From positions 30,600,912-30,664,911 of the forward strand of contig NC_092675.1 in NCBI RefSeq assembly GCF_964355755.1: a stretch of 64,000 nt of DNA. The letters run 5' to 3'. Positions within the stretch are counted from its first letter, which is position 1; every line of letters starts with the position of its first letter. Position numbers and translations under genes: made by a program. Source of the DNA: Antedon mediterranea. Lineage: Eukaryota > Animalia > Echinodermata. Under the pieces are notes generated by a model. The model was given only the letters and a program-made list of their open reading frames with translations, was not told the DNA's origin and searched no databases. This document shows positions 61,201 through 64,000 of the stretch, in pieces.

Positions 61201-62439
61201 TCAATAATATTAATTTTTACATATCTATCATTATAGATATGTTGTGGTGGTTAACATGCTTGCCTTCCACAAATCCATGAGATTGACTTGGTGTCAGGGT
61301 AGTAAACTCACAACTCCTTCTTTCTACTCCACTCTCTAAGCTTAAATTAAGATTCATATAATACAATACAGTATCTATCATGCAATTGGCAAGTTTCTCG
61401 CTGTTGTAGATAAATTTAAAAAAATTTTTTAATATTTAAATATAAAACACAACAGTAAATTATACATGTTTGTTATACTTGTAAATTTCACACACTTTGT
61501 GCTTGACCGCTTGTGTGTTTGACCCATTGTGCTTGACCCTTTGTGTTCGACCCTTTGTGTTTGACCCCTTGTCTGTTTGACCAATTATGTGTTTGACCCC
61601 TTGTGTGTTTGACCCATTGTGTACTAGACCCTTGTTTGATATCCTTGGGTCAAGATATTGAAACAGTACTACTGTACTCATCCTTATTGATTTCTTTCCT
61701 TTCTAACATAAATTTAAATTCAACGACATTTCTTTCAAAATAACATGTTGAACAATTATGGGTGCCTAGTTTATTATCGCATCAATTATAGACACCAGTA
61801 CTTAGCCGTTATTTACTTTCTTTAAGCAGATTCTGTTTGGAGACAGGGGTACTATTTAGTTAGCCCACATAGCTTTACCTTCAGTAAACACTTCAAACAA
61901 TTGCACTTGAATTCACAATGTGTACCTGTTGAAAAGGCCTAGCCATCAATTAAAAGTACACCTGGTTGCCAAGTGATACAGAAACTAAGCTAAGGAACTT
62001 AATACTAAATAAAGAAAATAAAACAGAATGCATGATGAGAAAGCAGAATATTCTGTCTACAGCAGCAATACTTGAGTACTATACAGCTGTCAACAAATAA
62101 TGATATGCATCGTAGGTAGCAGTAGTAGTATAGTATGTAATCCTGACAACTCAATAGTACTGTTGTACCAGGGTTCACAATAATCATATAATAATATATC
62201 TTAATGGCTACTTACATCAGACATGATTAGAAGCTGGAAGAAAACAGTTAATAGAGATGAAAATAAAAGAAGTACTTAATACAGCTAGATGACAGTAGAC
62301 TGACTTAGAAGGGTGAATACTAAAACAGACTGATCTAGCTTCACATCAGTTAAGCCCAACAGTGAGATTGAATAGCAAACATATTGATTCATTGATTTTT
62401 ACCTTTGTTCCCGAGCCATTCATGTCCGTGGTAGTGATC
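25243..62439 (-). CDS. PTBP1: Polypyrimidine tract-binding protein (PTBP1/2/3 co-ortholog, 4 RRMs); exon 1 probably outside the window
   Basis: Core exons (minus strand): 62439-62403, 43225-43112, 41873-41733, 40860-40714, 35481-35271, 34687-34629, 34317-34146, 33318-33175, 30425-30289, 28281-28248, 27250-27158, 26935-26838, 26607-26489, 26219-26145, 25667-25604, 25311-25243. All are GT-AG and frame-continuous. Hallmarks: GTK|[93 protein letters not shown]. Confidence 0.96.
26358..26480. mobile_element. MITE family A copy abutting a PTBP 5' splice site
   Basis: tctgtctacactatcaaa...gacagagct. It ends 8 nt from the exon boundary at 26489. Confidence 0.85.
28248..28281 (-). CDS. PTBP1: 34-nt PTBP exon ([11 protein letters not shown]|G), equivalent to PTBP1 exon 11 / PTBP2 exon 10
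   Basis: gcatag|CGAGTTACGCCTGATGCTCTCTTTACCCTTTTTG|gtatgc. It is required to keep the RRM3 frame. Confidence 0.93.
30030..30255. repeat. ~57-bp tandem repeat, ~4 copies
   Basis: ttttaaatacttattaaaaaagcatcattttcaaaatattctccattcttctacac repeated. Confidence 0.9.
30614..32523. repeat. Compound minisatellite of 62-bp and 40-bp units
   Basis: aataattatattcaggggtagatccagagtgctaactttt, with or without aatattactaatagtcagtcca. Confidence 0.95.
34911..35069. repeat. 50-bp tandem repeat, 3 copies
   Basis: acatttctg recurs at 34911, 34961, 35011 and 35061. Confidence 0.95.
37125..37214 (-). CDS. Candidate 90-nt in-frame PTBP cassette exon ([30 protein letters not shown])
   Basis: Strong acceptor ttttcttttcctttag, phase 0-0, open frame, peptide resembles the PTB AQAALQAVN segment. 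The donor AAG|gttctt is weak. Confidence 0.7.
37402..37640. mobile_element. Tc1/mariner-type MITE remnant interrupted by a family A MITE (37443-37581)
   Basis: cagtaaaacct..aaggggacac ... gtgtcccctctaaagagggtcttact. Related sequence occurs at 14712-14830 and 20270-20525. Confidence 0.65.
39630..39950 (-). mobile_element. 3' end of an L2/CR1-group LINE
   Basis: The minus strand encodes [26 protein letters not shown], followed by a stem-loop tail and (ATT)n-like repeats. Confidence 0.75.
41365..41535 (+). mobile_element. Degenerate Deu/Nin-domain SINE copy
   Basis: aaagaacc...tctttcgagacgaatagggagtt matches the core of the copy at 63630-63897. Confidence 0.5.
42371..42510. mobile_element. MITE family A copy with TTA target-site duplication
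   Basis: tta|agctctgtctacactatcaaact...agtttgataatgtagacagagct|tta. Confidence 0.88.
42997..43016 (-). other. Candidate 20-nt PTBP microexon containing an alternative in-frame ATG
   Basis: tattttcatcttatctacag|AGGAGATGGGAGCATTTGAC|gtaaca, after a 95-nt pyrimidine-rich intron. Confidence 0.55.
45450..45640. repeat. ~52-bp degenerate tandem repeat, 3-4 copies
   Basis: atgttactctcctcaaagactagtgaagggcctaacgcaagcctt repeated. Confidence 0.85.
46051..46170 (-). CDS. Candidate alternative first coding exon of PTBP ([40 protein letters not shown])
   Basis: Open frame from the ATG at 46170 to a strong phase-0 donor TTG|gtaaga that joins RGSDELL in frame. Composition is coding-like and GC-richer than the surrounding AT-rich intron. 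Confidence 0.6.
49435..51040. repeat. 38-bp minisatellite, left arm (~42 copies)
   Basis: Unit aggtgctgtaccttcaaaacactagtctatcaagca(tt/tg/cg). Confidence 0.98.
51733..53005 (+). pseudogene. Sola2-type DDE/D transposase C-terminal half, split by a SINE
   Basis: [12 protein letters not shown] and [22 protein letters not shown]. Removing 52093-52444 rejoins ...YCV|MDIPGINFF... in frame to the stop at 53005. The N-terminal half is missing. Confidence 0.8.
52093..52444 (-). mobile_element. Full-length tRNA-derived SINE with Deu/Nin-type core
   Basis: Minus strand: A box tggccgagcgg, B box ggttcgaggcc, acceptor-stem pairing gagcgagt/actcgctc, core ggataaggactataaaccgtaggtcc...aaagaaccc...ttcgaaaaagagtagggg..ccccggtg, A-rich tail. 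Confidence 0.8.
53619..56243. repeat. 38-bp minisatellite, right arm (~68 copies plus a degenerate end)
   Basis: Same unit as 49435-51040. It resumes in register after the TSD. Confidence 0.98.
57196..57453 (+). mobile_element. tRNA-derived SINE with poly(A) tail
   Basis: A-box-like tggcttggtgg, B box ggttcaagtcc, and a ~22-nt pure A tail at 57432-57453. Confidence 0.7.
57506..58441. mobile_element. Non-autonomous Tc1/mariner (Tc2/pogo-like) element with TA TSD
   Basis: TA|ccgtattttccggagtataggt ... acctatactccggaaaatacgg|TA, with subterminal gtataagt(c/g)gacccc repeats. No transposase. Confidence 0.88.
60098..60291. repeat. ~65-bp tandem repeat, 3 copies
   Basis: aatgagtgcagagtgttaacaacttgatgggtatgttgtgactgctaacagatgatggcata repeated. 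Confidence 0.92.
61495..61635. repeat. Degenerate ~14-17-bp tandem repeat
   Basis: tgtgtttgaccc(c/a)tt repeated. Confidence 0.85.
62216..62233 (-). CDS. Candidate 18-nt in-frame PTBP microexon (LLIMSD)
   Basis: cttcttttattttcatctctattaactgttttcttccag|CTTCTAATCATGTCTGAT|gtaagt: branch-like ttaac, long pyrimidine tract, consensus donor, phase 0-0. Confidence 0.65.
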
Positions 62440-63629
62440 CTGTGGGGTAGAGAGAAAAAAACATATGGTTAGTTGTTAATTCAATAAGTAAAATGGATGA
62501 CAATAGACAGTAGTTATATATGCAATGTAACAGCCGGTATAATTTGGAGCCATGTGTCGTTTACGGCTAATTTGCTACATCAATTTCAATATTGATTTTC
62601 AGTAACCAGCTTATTGACTCCTAAATTGAAATCAGAATTGAAACAAGTCAGTAATGCTTCATGTTTTACACCTCAATTATAAACATTTCCAGCAGACTGA
62701 TCACAAATACACCTTTTGATTTTAAAAACAATTTGGTTGGCTCTAATTATGAATCAACTATGAACAAACAAACTTCCAAATATCCGGATATAAACTGTAG
62801 TTTTCAATTTAGCAATGTCAGAGTCAAGGGTCGTATTCACCAATCACACTTAAGTGAGATATTTTTCTAAAATATTAAGCATTTCACTTAACTCAATACA
62901 TATTTAAGTATTTCCCTTTAATTGTATTCACTTAGATAGGAGATTTTTTTAATGTTTAAGGGAGAATGTTTCCCTTAGCCTCTTGTACTGTATGTGAGAA
63001 TAGCAAATATGGCCACTGGATCCTAAGTGAATCAGGACTCACAAATGATAACTTATAGTGCTAAACTTAATCACTTCAGATGTTTATAAATTTACTTGTC
63101 TAAAGCACATTCACAAATTTTTATAAATGATTAATTAACAGATTATTATAACGGTTGTGGAAACACTTTTTAAATTCATTCAGTCAACACAAAATGACTT
63201 GGACCAAAATAGTAGCCTTGCAGAAACAAGAAAACTTTTCCTATTCTTTAAAATAAATTCTGAACCTTTGCTTATTTTGGGGTTTTTATATAGAGTCTAT
63301 TGTTCACATAAAAATATCTTTTAGGGTTAAAAAGGAATTTAATAAAAGCAAACTACGTATTTCCCATTGTACATTCAAATGTATTCACTCTGTTTTCTTA
63401 GCAATGCATACAGTACCAAAGCACTTTTATAAAAACAAAAAACAATTCATAAAAGGTTAAGTTGAAAGAGTATAGAGCAAAAAAAAAGGAGAAAATGCAA
63501 CTCAAATTATTATTCAAACCACAAACCCACATTTTCTAAAACATCAATTACTTTGCCTAGTCTTTCATATTTATTTCTTTTATTATTTCATACTTGTGTT
63601 AACCTGTTAACCACAAATTAAATCAACAG

Positions 63630-63897
63630 TCTAAGGGTTCGAGCCTCACTCGCTCCATGGTTCTGGCTGTAGAACGAGTCTTCTCGGATAAGGACTATAA
63701 ACCGTAGGTCCAGTGTACACATCTGGCTCATGTGCACTTTAAAGAACCTAGTACATCTTTCGAGACGAGTAGGGGGTTGCCCTGGTGTACTGGTATACAC
63801 ACAGCCACTGTCACTCATCAAAGAGGGCCCCTTGATTGTCAGCATACGCTGTTTAGGGTCACCCTCTATAAATAAGGTGTAATAAAATAAAATAAAG
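63630..63897 (+). mobile_element. 5'-truncated Deu/Nin-domain SINE
   Basis: B box ggttcgagcc, core near-identical to 52093-52444, (taaaa)n tail. Confidence 0.78.
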
Positions 63898-64000
63898 TTG
63901 ACAAGCAAAACTTATTTTGTTACTTAAACGCCATACAGTGACATTTATTACGCGGTGTGTAAACTCACGTTTGCTAGGACACGCGTATGTATCATTTTTA

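Overview
This is an AT-rich, intron-containing animal genomic window. An invertebrate deuterostome is my inference from the vertebrate-like exon phases and Deu/Nin-type SINEs. Five protein-coding genes were rebuilt exon by exon from GT-AG sites and frame continuity: SLC35E1 (+), an intronless ANKRD63-like ankyrin gene (+), EIF2B3 (+), HCCS (-), and a >37-kb polypyrimidine tract-binding protein gene (PTBP, -) whose first exon probably lies beyond the window. The PTBP locus is the most interesting part. It keeps the 34-nt AS-NMD exon known from vertebrate PTBP1/2 and carries miR-124 and miR-133 seed matches in its 3' UTR. It also contains several candidate micro/cassette exons that the ORF track does not show: an 18-nt exon splitting the KRGS NLS/PKA motif, a 20-nt stop-and-restart exon, poison exons, an alternative RRM1 helix exon and an alternative N-terminal exon. 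Introns hold many MITEs, SINEs and minisatellites, including a SINE inside a Sola2-type transposon inside a 38-bp tandem array. There are no prokaryotic features or CRISPR arrays. All alternative exons are sequence predictions and need RNA-seq.
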